Positions 49,901-51,394 of a stretch of DNA of 51,394 bases are shown one piece after another (positions within the stretch are counted from its first letter, which is position 1; every line of letters starts with the position of its first letter). The DNA lies in NCBI GenBank assembly GCA_034666045.1, contig JAXDMN010000432.1:1-51394 (forward strand). The letters are read 5' to 3'. The notes beneath the pieces are model-generated. The model was given only the letters and a program-made list of their open reading frames with translations, searched no databases and was not told the DNA's origin. The stretch comes from Phycisphaerales bacterium (lineage in GTDB: Bacteria; Planctomycetota; Phycisphaerae; Tepidisphaerales; Tepidisphaeraceae). The translations under genes were made by a program, and so were the position numbers.

Positions 49901-51021
49901 GTATTGAGCGAAACGTCGACCTGGTTCGGCGCCGGCCTCGCGCCGATGAGGTTGTCCTGCACCTCTTGGATCATCGCGGCATAAATCGGGTGGTTGCCGT
50001 TGGCAGCGGTGGCACTGCTGACCGCAAGCTCGATCTTGGTCGAGGCGGTGACGTTCGCGCCGGCCGTGCCCAGCGCCGTGTTGAGCTGCGTCCATGTCGC
50101 ACCGGCGTCGATGCTCATGAAGATGCCGATGCCCGGCATGGCGGCGTAGAAGCGGTTCGGATCCGTCGGGTCACCCTTGATGTCCGTGACGGTCCCGCCG
50201 GGGAGGCCGGTGTTCTCATCCGCCTCGTCCTTTGTGCCGTCGCTGTCGTTATCGAGTCCGTCGTTGTGATTGCCGGAAATCTTCTTGAAGCCGCCGAACC
50301 CGCCGTCCGTGCTGCGAACCAGGCCGCCGCTGACGCGCGCCGCCGGCGCGCCGGTGAACTGCGGCGTTGCATCACTGCCGATCAGCACCACGCGCCCGCT
50401 GCCTTGCGCGACCGTCGTCGGCACAATCGCGTGAATCGTGCGGTTGCGCTCGAAGATGCTCGGGAAGATCTTCCACGTCTCACCGCCGTCGGAGCTCTTG
50501 AGCAAACCGATCGTCTTCCCGCCCAGCCCGGAGCTGCTCACCTTGCCGGTTCCGGCCCAGACGACATTGTTGTTGACCGGGTCGAGCGCGATCGCGCTGA
50601 TGGCGGTCGAGGGGAACTGATCGGTCTTGGGCGTCCAGGTGGTGCCGCCGTTGGTCGTCTTCCAGATCCCGCCGCCGACCGTTCCGACCCAAATGGTGCC
50701 GGCTTGTGCGACGTCCGGATCGGCGGCGACGGAATGGATCGCGCCGGTGACCGGCTGGTTGGCGATGCCGCGGACCTGTCCGCTGGTCATCGGGCCGGGA
50801 CCTTGCTCCGCCCAGTTGGGAATGCCGGTCACGTTGGTCGCGAGCATCACGCGGTTCTCGAGCTGCTCGAGGCGCAGGCGCGGCGCAATGAAGGCAGCGG
50901 CGCTGCGGGGGCGCGAGGCGGCGGCGCAGCTCGGGTGCTCTTCCATGAACTCGTGCGCACGCATGCGGTTCAACACGAACCGGTACTGGCTGACCAACCA
51001 CTTGTATGCGCTAGATTCCAT
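31948..51021 (-). CDS. Giant (6357 aa) secreted/surface repeat protein. Order: LEPR-XLL-like N-terminal motif, BNR/Asp-box propeller region, uncharacterised repeat core of about 2700 aa, RTX-type nonapeptide blocks, Calx-beta-like domains
   Basis: A single uninterrupted 19,074-nt ORF. SD AAGAGGAG lies 7 nt upstream of ATG 51021. The domain evidence is listed under the sub-features below. Confidence 0.9.
   Translation of the reverse strand: [6357 protein letters not shown]
32230..34810 (-). repeat. Giant protein sub-region: C-terminal interrupted RTX-type nonapeptide blocks
   Basis: [10 protein letters not shown]..., [154 protein letters not shown]. Confidence 0.8.
35880..37290 (-). other. 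Giant protein sub-region: three or more Calx-beta-like beta-sandwich domains (approximate bounds, tentative)
   Basis: Recurring ...[11 protein letters not shown]...[18 protein letters not shown]...[19 protein letters not shown] and ...[11 protein letters not shown]...[18 protein letters not shown]...[15 protein letters not shown] patterns. Confidence 0.5.
38765..39735 (-). repeat. Giant protein sub-region: RTX / hemolysin-type Ca-binding nonapeptide block 1
   Basis: Runs from [10 protein letters not shown] to [10 protein letters not shown]. It holds more than 25 consecutive GGxGxDxxx-type repeats, for example [39 protein letters not shown] and [19 protein letters not shown]. Confidence 0.85.
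48130..50830 (-). other. Giant protein sub-region: BNR/Asp-box (SxDxGxTW) beta-propeller-like region (approximate bounds)
   Basis: Asp-box motifs [47 protein letters not shown] is a sialidase/Vps10/Ycf48-like blade signature. Confidence 0.6.
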
Positions 51022-51394
51022 GAACGTACTCCTCTTAAGCCCTGCCCGATGCGGCGTTGGTTACTGCGTTGCGACGTGTGACGCGCGCGTAGCTGGGATC
51101 ACCGCGGCGGCGCGAATTGCTGTTGTCGTTGATGAATGTTGGAGATTGGAACGGACGCGGTCGGATGTGCGCGCGCATGCCCGGATGACGGCGAACGCCG
51201 TCCCGCGACGTCGAACGGGAGTGTTCGACCCTGCGCGTCAAAAAGATGTGCCCACGCACCGCTTACCCTCACTTCGCCCGCGACCCTCGTGCGCGCGGCG
51301 CGGATTGGCGTCCACGCTGGCACGAGTCACGGGCGCCCGAGCGATTCAAAGCTCGGTCCCTCTCTGCCGTCACACAAAATAGTAAGCCCGTTCT

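Noticed and set aside
35656-51081. Very long plus-strand ORFs antisense to the giant gene: 35656-39354 (1232 aa), 39511-42609 (1032 aa), 43759-44769, 45355-47544 (729 aa), 47596-51081 (1161 aa), and many shorter ones
   Set aside because: These are typical high-GC shadow ORFs. Their composition is R/A/G/V/D/E-dominated with no motifs, and they lie fully inside a coding region whose opposite-strand translation has clear domain signatures (Asp-boxes, RTX nonapeptides). Stop codons are simply rare in the antisense frames of GC-rich genes.
31948-51394. A type I secretion system accompanying the RTX giant
   Set aside because: No ABC transporter, membrane-fusion or TolC-like gene is present in the window on either side. 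Only 373 nt lie upstream of the gene start before the window ends, so an upstream T1SS cannot be excluded.

Overview
The window is high-GC chromosomal DNA, about 65-70% in lines I counted by eye. The gene content points to Planctomycetota, or possibly Verrucomicrobiota: a PSCyt1/DUF1549/DUF1553 + DUF1501 pair, a PVC-type heme-binding dehydrogenase, and 'LEPR-XLL'-like N-termini.

Gene order:
- 3' end of an EEP-family gene
- glycoside-hydrolase-like gene
- orphan pilT
- cytochrome P450
- two divergent operons (4.7-14.8 kb) holding a disaggregated cobalamin/corrinoid methyl-transfer system: MTHFR, pterin-binding module, amidohydrolase, URO-D-family methyltransferase, corrinoid protein, RACo-type activator, MetH activation-domain homologue, homocysteine-binding module
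- small ORF
- DUF1501 and PSCyt/DUF1553 pair
- class II UvrA paralogue
- bacterial protein-arginine-deiminase (PAD) homologue
- ada
- PVC-type heme-binding protein
- islet of four unrecognisable small genes
- tRNA(CAU)
- DUF3467 gene and a 19-kb gene for a 6357-aa BNR / RTX / Calx-beta-like giant protein, on the minus strand

I saw no CRISPR array, transposase, integrase or rRNA.

Most interesting:
- the split MetH-like/corrinoid system, with a tandem palindromic operator and a 23-bp intercistronic inverted repeat
- the PAD homologue, which keeps all four catalytic residues
- the giant protein, whose roughly 2700-aa core I cannot assign to a family
- the orphan gene islet and the CDS-less double terminator beside the tRNA

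All calls come from reading the sequence and from remembered family motifs; no searches were run. Sub-domain coordinates inside the giant gene are approximate.
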